DNA from: Candidatus Curtissbacteria bacterium
GTDB taxonomy: Bacteria > Patescibacteriota > Microgenomatia > Curtissbacterales > GWA2-41-24
Direction of reading: 5' to 3'
DNA: 64,000 nucleotides
Assembly: GCA_030647775.1 (NCBI GenBank)
Contig: JAUSJC010000010.1
Location: 200,718-264,717, forward strand
The stretch's first letter is position 1; the number at the start of each line of letters is the position of its first letter. A model generated the notes under the pieces. The model made no database searches. It was not told the origin of the DNA and was given only the letters and a program-made list of their open reading frames with translations. The position numbers and the translations under genes are program-made. Positions 49,870 to 58,465 of the stretch are shown here, in pieces.

Positions 49870-49964
49870 AAATATCCCAAAATTCGAAGAATTTTGGAAA
49901 GGAAGAACAAATTTGCGATAAGTCCGCAATTTGCGGACGGAAGCAAAATTTAGTTCTGACGCAG

Positions 49965-50036
49965 TGCCGCTTACGGGAATCGAACCCGTGTTACTAGGTT
50001 GAGAACCTAGCGTCCTGACCATTAGACGAAAGCGGC
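49965..50036 (-). tRNA. tRNA-Glu (anticodon CUC)
   Basis: GCCGCTT acceptor, TCGTCTAATGGTCAGGAC D-arm, CTAGG-TTCTCAA-CCTAG anticodon arm, ACGGG-TTCGATT-CCCGT T-arm. Confidence 0.75.
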
Positions 50037-50044
50037 ATTGTTTT

Positions 50045-50138
50045 GGCTCCTACATGGATGACCTGCCCGCCATAGCTTGCGCATCAGGCGCTAGCAGGCG
50101 GGGAACGCTAGGTCCTAGGCCACTAGACGATGGAGCCA
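50045..50138 (-). other. tRNA-like pseudo-element: canonical acceptor and D-arm, then a family D palindromic block in place of a normal anticodon/T region
   Basis: Minus strand: GGCTCCATCGTCTAGTGGCCTAGGACCTAGCGTTCC, then [CCGCCTGCTAGCGCCTGATGCGCAAGCTATGGCGGGCAGG], then TCATCCATGTAGGAGCCA. The ends pair as an acceptor stem; no canonical T-arm. Confidence 0.4.
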
Positions 50139-50259
50139 AAGCCGTGCTGATTATAACTGAACCTAAATAACATAACAATATTATTGACTGGCAATTTGCA
50201 AAGATTTATGATAATATCTCTGTTCGCGTAGAGCGGTATAATCATTTTATGGCAAAAAT

Positions 50260-51036
50260 ATGAAAATAGCAGCAGCAGATTCAATGCGAGAACCAATTAT
50301 GGCTCAATTCCAGAAGGCAGGCCATGGTTTCGAGTTGCCTGGAGCCATTATTTCGGCCAGAACCGAAAGCGGGCACGAAATTTTTATGGTCAGATCTCCT
50401 CAGCTGGTCGAAGCTCTCCAAAATGGTTACGCGGACATGGCACTTGTTGGCACGGATATTTTGCACGAGAGACAATTATTGTACGCAGATCACCAGAAAA
50501 TAGCGCCACCGCTTCATACCCTCGCAACATTTAAAGGCTATGGAAGGCAATTCATAACGCCGAGTGTAGATATTGTTGTCCCACCTGGGTCTGAAAAAGA
50601 TCATCTTGATCCAGGAATGATAATCGTTACCGAACACCCTTACATACTTAAAGATCACTTAGAATCTCAAGGCTATAATACTGCACGAATCGGTGACAAG
50701 GGGGTTCCACTTCAGCACGATGAATTCAGGATATGGGCCGAAGCAAACAATGTTCATATTGGAATCCATCCAGTTTCAGGCAAAGAACCGGCTCTTTTGC
50801 TGTTGAGGTTTTGCGACGCTGCGACAATAGTCACCGAATCCGGAAGGACTAACACGGACAACGGCCTTAGAGTTATAGAAAGTATAGAACCAGTCTACAT
50901 ATCTCTTATTGCAACTGATGAAGCTGTAAGAGAACATGCCGAAGGCGCCATGCAATTCGCCGAGGACCTAAGAAAAGCATACTACAGTTCTAAACAAGAA
51001 TTTGAAGCAAGCCGGTTTTCCGCCGAGAGGGCTTAG
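50260..51036 (+). CDS. HisG-like ATP phosphoribosyltransferase-fold protein (orphan)
   Basis: DMALVGTDIL and ATIVTESGRT resemble HisG motifs. No other his genes are in the window. Confidence 0.5.
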   Translation: MKIAAADSMREPIMAQFQKAGHGFELPGAIISARTESGHEIFMVRSPQLVEALQNGYADMALVGTDILHERQLLYADHQKIAPPLHTLATFKGYGRQFITPSVDIVVPPGSEKDHLDPGMIIVTEHPYILKDHLESQGYNTARIGDKGVPLQHDEFRIWAEANNVHIGIHPVSGKEPALLLLRFCDAATIVTESGRTNTDNGLRVIESIEPVYISLIATDEAVREHAEGAMQFAEDLRKAYYSSKQEFEASRFSAERA

Positions 51037-51042
51037 TAATTC

Positions 51043-51071
51043 TTGACTCTTCTAGATCTTTCCCCTAGAAT
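51043..51071 (+). promoter_or_regulatory. sigma70 promoter P1 (TTGACT, 17 bp spacer, TAGAAT) reading into a roughly 400 bp ORF-less region
   Basis: Near-identical promoter P2 (TTGACG, 18 bp spacer, TAGAAT) at 51442-51471 in front of greA. Confidence 0.4.
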
Positions 51072-51441
51072 AAGCGTCCTTACATATCCATGTATCCTAT
51101 GGTGAAAAAAATTTATTCTCACCCCTCGGGACAGAGAAGCAGTTATCAATCTGGCACAGAACTTGGGTCTTGAGCTGCCGCACGCGCAAGCACTCGAAAG
51201 TCTTACAAGAACAAGATATCGAATCGAAAATCCTACCGCTCGGGGACGAGAACGCCTTTAAATGTCCCCTTGCAATTAGTCTTCAATTATTAACTACCCA
51301 GTAATCCTCTGATTAATCCACGTTATATAATCGAAGGCAGGCTAAGTCCAGAAATTACTGTAAGATTTATTACAGTAATTTTACGGTAATTATGAGATAT
51401 TAATTTCAATTACAGGACATGTTAATTTAGCCGGCATCAGC

Positions 51442-51471
51442 TTGACGCCAGGCTTATTTTTGGACTAGAAT
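51442..51471 (+). promoter_or_regulatory. sigma70 promoter P2 for the greA paralogue
   Basis: TTGACG ... TAGAAT. The downstream GCGTCCT is shared with P1. Confidence 0.4.
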
Positions 51472-51486
51472 TAGCGTCCTGATAAC

Positions 51487-51948
51487 GTGATGGCAAAAAA
51501 GTTCATCCTCACACACGAGGGACTAGACCAAATAAAAAGAGAATATGATGAGCTGGTTAAAAATAAAAGGCCGGATGTAGTTGCTAGGATCCAAAGGGCA
51601 AGGGACTTTGGGGATCTTGCCGAAAACTCCGAATACGACGCCGCCAAAGAAGATCAATCCCTGGTTGAAACCAGAATCTCTCAGCTTGAAGGCGTTCTCC
51701 ACTCCGCCCAAATTATCGAAACAGAAAAAACCGATTTTGTTATCATCGGCTCTACAGTTGTGGTTGAAATGAACGATGAAGTCCACAAATTTCAAATAGT
51801 TGGCTCCATGGAGGCCGATCCCGCCAATAGGAAAATATCAAACGAGTCCCCGGTTGGTAAAGCAATTCTAGGTTTAAAAATCGGTGAAGCAATCGAAATT
51901 TCAGTTGGTCCCGTCAAAAGTAAAGTGAGAGTCTTAGAAATATTATGA
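51487..51948 (+). CDS. greA: transcription elongation factor GreA (second paralogue)
   Basis: RARDFGDLAENSEYDAAKEDQ coiled-coil plus an FKBP-like domain. Starts at GTG 51487 or ATG 51490. Confidence 0.75.
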   Translation: MMAKKFILTHEGLDQIKREYDELVKNKRPDVVARIQRARDFGDLAENSEYDAAKEDQSLVETRISQLEGVLHSAQIIETEKTDFVIIGSTVVVEMNDEVHKFQIVGSMEADPANRKISNESPVGKAILGLKIGEAIEISVGPVKSKVRVLEIL

Positions 51949-53303
51949 TAAAAACCCCAATTGTTAAATTTAACATAAAAGATCTGGATCTAACTACATC
52001 TGAAAAGAAAGTGGCTCAAACCCTCATGAAAGCCGCTGAGTCGATTGCTCCGATATACGAAAAACAGGAAAATCATGAATTCCCGGGCGCCAATTTCTAT
52101 CCCCATGATGCAACAAAGGAAGAAATAGAAAAAGCAGCCGAAAAAAATCCCGGAATTCTCAACCCGTATACCATGGTAGAGCGCGGTGCCGGCGGAAAGT
52201 TAATAGCAATTCCTTATCACGTCAAATTTAAATCACAACTTGGAAAAACCTCAAAGCTCTTGGAAGCTGCTGCCAAGCTGACGAAAAATCACGACCTTGC
52301 CCACCGTCTCCATCTTCAGGCCCATTCACTTCTCGATGGTAATTATGAATTGAGCGATATTTACTGGCTTTCAATGAAACCCTACAAGATTGACATCGCC
52401 ATCGGACCCATCGATAGGTTAGACGACAAGTTATTTTTTAAGAAAGCCTCATATGAAGCCTGGGTAGGAATTATGGACGAAGAAGCTACCCAGAAAGCTA
52501 AAATCATTCAACAGGAAATTTACGACGTAAGAAGGAAGATTTTTTCCTCTTCTCAAAAGGCAGATTTTCTGGACAAAACTAAGCTTCGGGTCGATAAGAC
52601 CCTTATCTTTTCAGGGCTTTTCGCCAGAGGCATGTTTACCTCAAATAGCCTCCCGGTTGATCCCAACTTAATGGAAAAATACGGGATCGAAATAACCTTT
52701 TTTGATTCCTCTCTTGATGTTAAATTCGCAAAGCAACATTACCCAATTTTCCAGAGTGTTTTTGAGAAAGAATTCCAGAAAGATTATTCAAAAGAAGTTT
52801 TAAGAGAAGGTTCATTTAGAAATGTGCTCTTGCACGAAATCGGCCACTCACTTTTAAGATATAAAGATTCCGAAGAAAGGCTTAAGGAATTATTTCCGGT
52901 CATTGATGAACTTGCCGCTACCATTTATGGAATTAAAAGCTGCGCCTCACTTGTTCTCAAAGGAATTATGACCGAACAGGAACTGGAAGCAATTATGATC
53001 ATGTTCATATGCCGTGCATTTACCTGGTGGCTGGATTCACAGACCCAGCCGTCCGTTGAACCATTCGCCCTCGGCCATGCTATTGCTCTGAATTACTTTC
53101 TTGCCGCCGGCGCCCTTCAGGAGCAAAACGGCATCTCATGGCCAAATTTTAGCAAAATGTTCATGGCCATCGAAGAACTTTCAAATGGGCTGGAGGCTTT
53201 AATATCATTAGGTTCACGCTCAGATGCCAAGTATTTCATTGATAAATACGGCTCATTTATGATATACTCATCGTTCGTCAATCGTCTTAAAGGACTAAAA
53301 TAA
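51945..53303 (+). CDS. hypothetical protein with an HExxH motif (LLHEIGHSL); putative zinc metallopeptidase, possibly a divergent DPP III-like (M49) protein
   Basis: 452 aa with a 4 bp overlap with greA. ICRAF lies about 60 residues after HEIGH; this spacing is reminiscent of HEXXGH...EECRAE in M49, but the second motif lacks the Glu. Confidence 0.45.
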   Translation: MIKTPIVKFNIKDLDLTTSEKKVAQTLMKAAESIAPIYEKQENHEFPGANFYPHDATKEEIEKAAEKNPGILNPYTMVERGAGGKLIAIPYHVKFKSQLGKTSKLLEAAAKLTKNHDLAHRLHLQAHSLLDGNYELSDIYWLSMKPYKIDIAIGPIDRLDDKLFFKKASYEAWVGIMDEEATQKAKIIQQEIYDVRRKIFSSSQKADFLDKTKLRVDKTLIFSGLFARGMFTSNSLPVDPNLMEKYGIEITFFDSSLDVKFAKQHYPIFQSVFEKEFQKDYSKEVLREGSFRNVLLHEIGHSLLRYKDSEERLKELFPVIDELAATIYGIKSCASLVLKGIMTEQELEAIMIMFICRAFTWWLDSQTQPSVEPFALGHAIALNYFLAAGALQEQNGISWPNFSKMFMAIEELSNGLEALISLGSRSDAKYFIDKYGSFMIYSSFVNRLKGLK

Positions 53304-53310
53304 ACGATAT

Positions 53311-54663
53311 ATGACTGTAGAAAGAAGAATGCCGCCCGGAGCTGGAAGATTTTCCCTCAATGATTCTGGTCGTTTTACAAACAGCCACATTGAAGGCGGC
53401 CAGCCGCGTAGAAAAGATCAGGATCCAACTGCAGAGAATCTGTCCAAAAGAATAATCGCCGACCTTAGGGCTTTTGATGCTGGACTGAAAAAACGCGATC
53501 GTGATGACTTTTGTTTGGATATGGATTTGTCCCCTCAAGATGAGAATTCTCCAGCACCAATAAGTTATCAAGAAGCCAGGCCCAGATTTATTGCCCATAT
53601 AGCCGAAATCGAGGCTACAGCTCCAGAGTTACACTCCGGAGTATTACCTTTAGCAGCCGCTCGTTTAGATGGAATTGTTGCCTATTATGACGAGAAGGAA
53701 AGAGTCGCGAAGGGCGAACCAAAAGCAGAGTATAAAACACTCTTTGCAGCCGTTAATGGCTATGATCCATATCTCATTCCTGAGGCCCACCTGGAAGATA
53801 CACGAAAAGAAGAATTAATTGATCATCTCAAAGCCGTTGGGTATCATCCGGCAAGTGAATCCCCCGAACATGTTGCACGAGCAATCAGAGATTATCATGA
53901 GGCACATAGACTGGTTGCGCCGAAGGACGTACAAGAGGAATATTGGAGGTTTGCGAGAAGATACAGATCTCAACTTGCACAAGCTGTAGGCAGGGATTTA
54001 AGTTTCGTAAACTACGACACACCCATCAAATATCAAGATACTTTCTGGAGAATGTATGAAAGGCTTGGCCCGGAAGGCGCACATGTTTGGCTCAACTGGC
54101 ATAAGAGGCATAGCAACTCTTACGACATATCTGTCGTCCAGATGTACTCTAATCATGAAGATTTCCATATGGTTGTCGGAATGCTTTATAAGGCAGCAAT
54201 CGAATCACAAGACCTGGATCCTTTAGCCGGGCTAATTCCTATTCCCGGCCCTGACAGCTATGCCTTGGAAGGCGGCGCCGTAACTATTAGCGAGCTAGCT
54301 GGTTATAACACCACACCCGATACTAGGTTAGGAACGACTCTTTACTACCTTTCAAAAGTGGCAATAGCAAACGGAATTTATCTAGTTGAGCAAGGTGAGC
54401 CGATTCCAGGTGTCGCAGCCAATTTAGCCCCATACATGCCATCCAACACAGTTGAAGAAATAGAAGCTTCACTGACGGAGGCAACGACCCATACTTTTGA
54501 TCGTGTCTATCAACCAGTTTACGGCTTAGCTGGCTATGAATTCCTACAACTGAGTCGTAATGTTACCGGAAGCAAAAAAGTAGAATTTATAAGACGCTTT
54601 ATGGAAGTACCAAGGTCGAGACACCAAATCCACGACTTGGCTGACGATATTCTGTTTTCTTAA
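53311..54663 (+). CDS. hypothetical protein (450 aa), no recognisable domain
   Basis: Long ORF with coding-like composition. The start could be a downstream Met. Confidence 0.45.
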   Translation: MTVERRMPPGAGRFSLNDSGRFTNSHIEGGQPRRKDQDPTAENLSKRIIADLRAFDAGLKKRDRDDFCLDMDLSPQDENSPAPISYQEARPRFIAHIAEIEATAPELHSGVLPLAAARLDGIVAYYDEKERVAKGEPKAEYKTLFAAVNGYDPYLIPEAHLEDTRKEELIDHLKAVGYHPASESPEHVARAIRDYHEAHRLVAPKDVQEEYWRFARRYRSQLAQAVGRDLSFVNYDTPIKYQDTFWRMYERLGPEGAHVWLNWHKRHSNSYDISVVQMYSNHEDFHMVVGMLYKAAIESQDLDPLAGLIPIPGPDSYALEGGAVTISELAGYNTTPDTRLGTTLYYLSKVAIANGIYLVEQGEPIPGVAANLAPYMPSNTVEEIEASLTEATTHTFDRVYQPVYGLAGYEFLQLSRNVTGSKKVEFIRRFMEVPRSRHQIHDLADDILFS

Positions 54664-54715
54664 ATTACGCCAACTTTTCGTTGATTAATTAAGCCCCTTC
54701 TCGTATACTCTAGCC

Positions 54716-56176
54716 ATGGAGTCGCTGGAGAAAATTCGTCAAACTCGCCTCGAAAAGCTGGAAAAGATTAGGAAACTTGGCATCAATCCCTTCCCTGCCA
54801 AAAGCGCCAAAAAACAAGACGTCGCCACTTGCCTCAAATCAGCAGGCAAGATTGTCCAAACTGCCGGCCGCGTCATGGCCATCCGCGGCCACGGCGGCTC
54901 AAGCTTTATGGACTTGGTCGACGAGTCCGGCAAAATCCAACTTTTTTTCTCCGCCGACAAACTATCCACAATTAACCGTCAACTTTTAACTCTTCTGGAT
55001 ACCGGTGATTTTATTCAGGTAGAGGGGAAAGTTGACAAAACTGCCGCGGGTCAACTGACAATTTTTGCCGACGGCTTTAAACTTCTCACCAAATCTATTC
55101 GCCCGGTCCCCGCAACTTTTTACGGTTTAAAGAACCCAGAAACGCGACTGCGAAAAAGATATTTGGATTTGATAGCCAACCCCGAGGTTCATGACCTTTT
55201 TGTCAAAAAAGCAAAATTTTGGACCAGTGTCAGGCAGTTTTTAATAGAGGACGGATTTTTGGAAGTAGAAACTCCGGCCCTCGAACTTATTCCCGGCGGC
55301 GCAGACGCAACCCCCTTTATCACCCACCACAATGCTTTGGATGCCGATTATTACTTAAGAATCTCGCTGGAGCTTTACCAAAAAAGGTTGCTTGTCGGCG
55401 GCTTTGAAAAAATTTTTGAAATCGGGAAAATCCTCAGAAACGAAGGCATCGATACCGAACACTTGCAAGACTATCTCCAGATGGAATTTTACTGGGCGTA
55501 TGCCGACTACGTTGCTCTCATCGATTTTGTCGAAAAATATTACCGCTTCATTGTCAAAGAAACCTTTGGGTCAACAAAAACAAAAAGCGGTGAAATCGAA
55601 TTAGATTGGGGAAAACCATGGGAGAAAGTCGATTACATCGATGCTTTTAAGGTCGAAACCGGTCTGGATCTTTCTAAAAATCCTAAAGTCGACGAGCTTT
55701 TAAAACTGGCAGACAAAGTCGGTGCCAAGCCAAACAAGAAATTAGCAGAGGGGAGACTCATTGATTTGATTTACAAAAAGACAATTCGGCCAAAACTCAT
55801 CCAGCCATCCCTCCTTATTAATCATCCGGTTGCCGTATCCCCGCTGGCCAAAAGGGATGAAAAAAATCCCAATATTGTCCAAAGGATCCAGGTTTTGGCG
55901 GCTGGCACGGAAATCGGTAATGGCTGGTCGGAACTTAATGATCCGATAGACCAAGCTCAAAGATTTGAAAAACAGCAGGAAATGAGAAAAGAAGGTGATA
56001 CAGAAGCCCAAATGTACGATCACGATTTTGTCGAAGCTTTAGAATATGGTATGCCGCCCGCAGCCGGTTTTGGACTTTCCCAAAGATTATTTGCCGTGCT
56101 CGTCGACAAACCCATCCGCGAAACAGTCTTTTTCCCAACAATAAGAGGGGAAAATGAGACCATTACACTACGATGA
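54716..56176 (+). CDS. lysS: lysyl-tRNA synthetase (class II)
   Basis: N-terminal OB fold and class II motifs (FRNEG, GGFEKIFEIG, GLGIDR-like region). The stop codon lies inside a family F palindrome. Confidence 0.85.
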   Translation: MESLEKIRQTRLEKLEKIRKLGINPFPAKSAKKQDVATCLKSAGKIVQTAGRVMAIRGHGGSSFMDLVDESGKIQLFFSADKLSTINRQLLTLLDTGDFIQVEGKVDKTAAGQLTIFADGFKLLTKSIRPVPATFYGLKNPETRLRKRYLDLIANPEVHDLFVKKAKFWTSVRQFLIEDGFLEVETPALELIPGGADATPFITHHNALDADYYLRISLELYQKRLLVGGFEKIFEIGKILRNEGIDTEHLQDYLQMEFYWAYADYVALIDFVEKYYRFIVKETFGSTKTKSGEIELDWGKPWEKVDYIDAFKVETGLDLSKNPKVDELLKLADKVGAKPNKKLAEGRLIDLIYKKTIRPKLIQPSLLINHPVAVSPLAKRDEKNPNIVQRIQVLAAGTEIGNGWSELNDPIDQAQRFEKQQEMRKEGDTEAQMYDHDFVEALEYGMPPAAGFGLSQRLFAVLVDKPIRETVFFPTIRGENETITLR

Positions 56177-56196
56177 TACGAATCATCGTAGTGGGA
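56161..56196. repeat. family F perfect palindrome (CACTACGATGAT-acga-ATCATCGTAGTG) containing the lysS stop codon
   Basis: A near-identical copy lies inside cysS at 18565-18597. Confidence 0.7.
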
Positions 56197-56203
56197 GTAC
56201 GAA

Positions 56204-56800
56204 ATGAAAAAAGAAACACTTAAAAAAATTCTCAAAGTTTTCTTAACTTTGCAGTGGGCCAAAGAACTGCCGCGCCAGGGTTTTATCGCTTTGGGTTTTA
56301 AAAGAAACGAAGCCGATTCCGTTGCCGCCCATTCCTGGACGACAGCCATGCTGGTTTATTTCCTTGGCAGCGAAATGAAAAAACAAGGGCAAAAAATCGA
56401 TGTCGATAAAGCAGTCAAAATGGCGATGTTTCATGATATGGCCGAAACCATTGTCGGGGACGTCGGCACTTTCGTTAAAGCTATGGCCAAAGGCGCTTTT
56501 GCCCCGATTGAAGAAGAAGGCCTGAAATGGCTCGTCAAAGACCTGCCGTCAAATAAAGAAGTTATCGCGCTTGTCGAAGAATATATGGCTAGGAAAACCC
56601 TGGAAGCCCGTCTTTGCAAAGTCGCCGATAATCTGGATGCTCTGGCTCAGGCCAAAGGTGTTCCCGGCGCCCAAAGCGCGCTAAAGTATTTTAAAGAGGT
56701 TTACCATATCACCAAAATCCCATGGCACAAAGACGCCGTTGGAATGATTTTAAAAGACGAAGTGGAGCCCGAACGCTCTTGGCAGGAAAATAGTCACTAA
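56204..56800 (+). CDS. HD-domain phosphohydrolase (YfbR-like)
   Basis: HSWTTAML ... FHDMAETIVGDV HD motif. Confidence 0.65.
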   Translation: MKKETLKKILKVFLTLQWAKELPRQGFIALGFKRNEADSVAAHSWTTAMLVYFLGSEMKKQGQKIDVDKAVKMAMFHDMAETIVGDVGTFVKAMAKGAFAPIEEEGLKWLVKDLPSNKEVIALVEEYMARKTLEARLCKVADNLDALAQAKGVPGAQSALKYFKEVYHITKIPWHKDAVGMILKDEVEPERSWQENSH

Positions 56801-56805
56801 TCGCC

Positions 56806-56910
56806 CCTCCCTGTCATTCTGGAGCGAAGGGACAGAATAAGCTCTCTTATTCTGGGGACGAGCGAAGTCGAAGACTCTGAGTGAAATCGAAGAGCGAGGA
56901 CACCAGAATC
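56806..56910. repeat. family B element (CTGTCATTCTGGAGCGAAGGGACAGAAT) followed by family A elements
   Basis: Intergenic, between the HD-domain gene and serS. Confidence 0.55.
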
Positions 56911-56927
56911 TAAAAAAGGAGAAACAA

Positions 56928-58148
56928 ATGCTTGATATTAAATTTATAAGAGAAAATCAAAAACTGGTCGAAGAGAAATCCGCCCAAAAGGGTTATTCAC
57001 CCAACATTAAGAAATTATTGGAAGTAGACGGATCTCGGCGCAAGTTAATAGAAGAAGTCGATAAACTCAGGTCAGACCGGAAAGCGGCCGCAGGCATTAG
57101 GGATGAGGAAAAAGGAACGAAAATCAAATCCTCACTGAAAATTAAAGAAGACGAACTGGAAAAATTAAACGAGGAATTTTATACACTAGTCCGCGAGGTC
57201 CCAAACTTGCCAAAAGATGACGTGCCTCTTGGCCCCGATGATAAGAGCGATAAAGTCATAAAAGAAGCGGGTAAAAAATCCAAATTCGCTTTTGCACCTA
57301 AAGACCATTTGGAACTCGGAGTCGGCCTGGATTTAATCGATGTCGACCGGGCTTCAAAAACTTCCGGCGCAAGGTTTGGGTTTATAAAAAATGAACTGGT
57401 AATTTTAGAATTGGCGCTAGTTAGATTAGCCTTTGATCTTTTAACTGCGGAAGGATTCATCGCCGTCATTCCTCCCGTCATTATTAATAAGAAAATAGCC
57501 GAAGGCCTTGGCTATCCCGAATACGAAACAGGAGAGGGGTATAAACTAGACGACCAATTTTTAGTTGGTACCGCCGAGCATTCAATCGTCCCGATGCACA
57601 TGGACGAAACATTTGGCGAAAGCGATTTACCAAAAAGGTATGTCGGGTTTTCAACCGCTTTCAGGAGAGAGGCCGGATCGTACGGCAAAGATACCCGCGG
57701 AATCTTTCGTGTCCACCAGTTTGATAAAGTCGAAATGGTCTCCTTCGTCGATCCAAAAGACGATGACAAAGAGCATCAATTTCTGTTATCTCTCGAAGAA
57801 AAAATGGTAGGCCAGCTTGGATTGCCATATCGTGTTGTGAATAAGGCAGCGGGAGAACTCGGGTTTCCGACCGCCCAAAAATATGATATTGAAATCTGGA
57901 TCCCTTCACAAAAAATGTATCGCGAGACACACTCAGCATCAACCAATACCGATTTCCAATCAAGACGTTTAAACATTAAATACCAAAGCAAAAATCAAAA
58001 GGGTTACGTCTATATTCTCAACGCCACGGCCTTTGCTATCGGCAGGACCCTTATCGCCATTATGGAAAATTACCAGCAAAAAGACGGATCAATTTTGGTT
58101 CCAAAAGCCCTCCAAAAATACACCGGTTTTAGCAAAATCCCCCGTTAA
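56928..58148 (+). CDS. serS: seryl-tRNA synthetase
   Basis: Coiled-coil N-arm plus class II core (FRREAGS, GLPYRVVNKAAGELG). Confidence 0.85.
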   Translation: MLDIKFIRENQKLVEEKSAQKGYSPNIKKLLEVDGSRRKLIEEVDKLRSDRKAAAGIRDEEKGTKIKSSLKIKEDELEKLNEEFYTLVREVPNLPKDDVPLGPDDKSDKVIKEAGKKSKFAFAPKDHLELGVGLDLIDVDRASKTSGARFGFIKNELVILELALVRLAFDLLTAEGFIAVIPPVIINKKIAEGLGYPEYETGEGYKLDDQFLVGTAEHSIVPMHMDETFGESDLPKRYVGFSTAFRREAGSYGKDTRGIFRVHQFDKVEMVSFVDPKDDDKEHQFLLSLEEKMVGQLGLPYRVVNKAAGELGFPTAQKYDIEIWIPSQKMYRETHSASTNTDFQSRRLNIKYQSKNQKGYVYILNATAFAIGRTLIAIMENYQQKDGSILVPKALQKYTGFSKIPR

Positions 58149-58165
58149 ATTTTAACTTCAGCCGC

Positions 58166-58194
58166 CATGTCATTCTGAACTTGATTCAGAATCT
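58166..58194. repeat. family B palindrome (GTCATTCTGAACTTGATTCAGAATC)
   Basis: Immediately after the serS stop. Confidence 0.5.
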
Positions 58195-58243
58195 TTTGGG
58201 AGCTTGACATAGATTTTTTCACATCCTAATCTAAATATTAGAA

Positions 58244-58276
58244 AAGCCTTCCATCTGCCGAGGAAGGCTTTTTCTT
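58244..58276 (+). terminator. rho-independent terminator after serS
   Basis: aagccttcc-atctgccg-aggaaggctt followed by a T-run. Confidence 0.65.
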
Positions 58277-58312
58277 TGCTAAAATGCATATCGTAAGTTA
58301 AAATTGACTACT

Positions 58313-58465
58313 ATGCGTCCTACACTGCCAGACGTGGAAGTTGCCAGACTTAAAAAGAGAAACCGCATAAAGAAACTTTCCCCAAAAGTTCATAAAGTAG
58401 TTCACGAATCCGGAAGGTCTACAAAAAGTCTATGGCGCCTAATTATTGAAAGGGCTAAAAAATAA
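58313..58465 (+). CDS. small basic ORF (50 aa) immediately upstream of secA; possible leader or regulatory peptide
   Basis: MRPTLPDVEVARLKKRNRIKKLSPKVHKVVHESGRSTKSLWRLIIERAKK. The stop is 1 nt before the secA ATG. Not in the ORF track. Confidence 0.25.
   Translation: MRPTLPDVEVARLKKRNRIKKLSPKVHKVVHESGRSTKSLWRLIIERAKK

Noticed and set aside
50045-50138. tRNA-Sec (selenocysteine), given the roughly 94 nt length
   Set aside because: No UCA anticodon is present in a plausible loop. There is no extended 8 or 9 bp acceptor stem or Sec-type D-arm.
51104-51178. 24-codon ORF (MVKKIYSHPSGQRSSYQSGTELGS) in the non-coding block
   Set aside because: It has no RBS. It overlaps a direct-repeat unit and has low-complexity composition.
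51072-51440. RNase P RNA, tmRNA or SRP RNA in the 400 bp non-coding block
   Set aside because: Only fragmentary resemblances are present (ACAGAAC and GAAAGTC, in the wrong order). There is no tRNA-like 3' end or tag ORF for tmRNA and no SRP domain IV motif.
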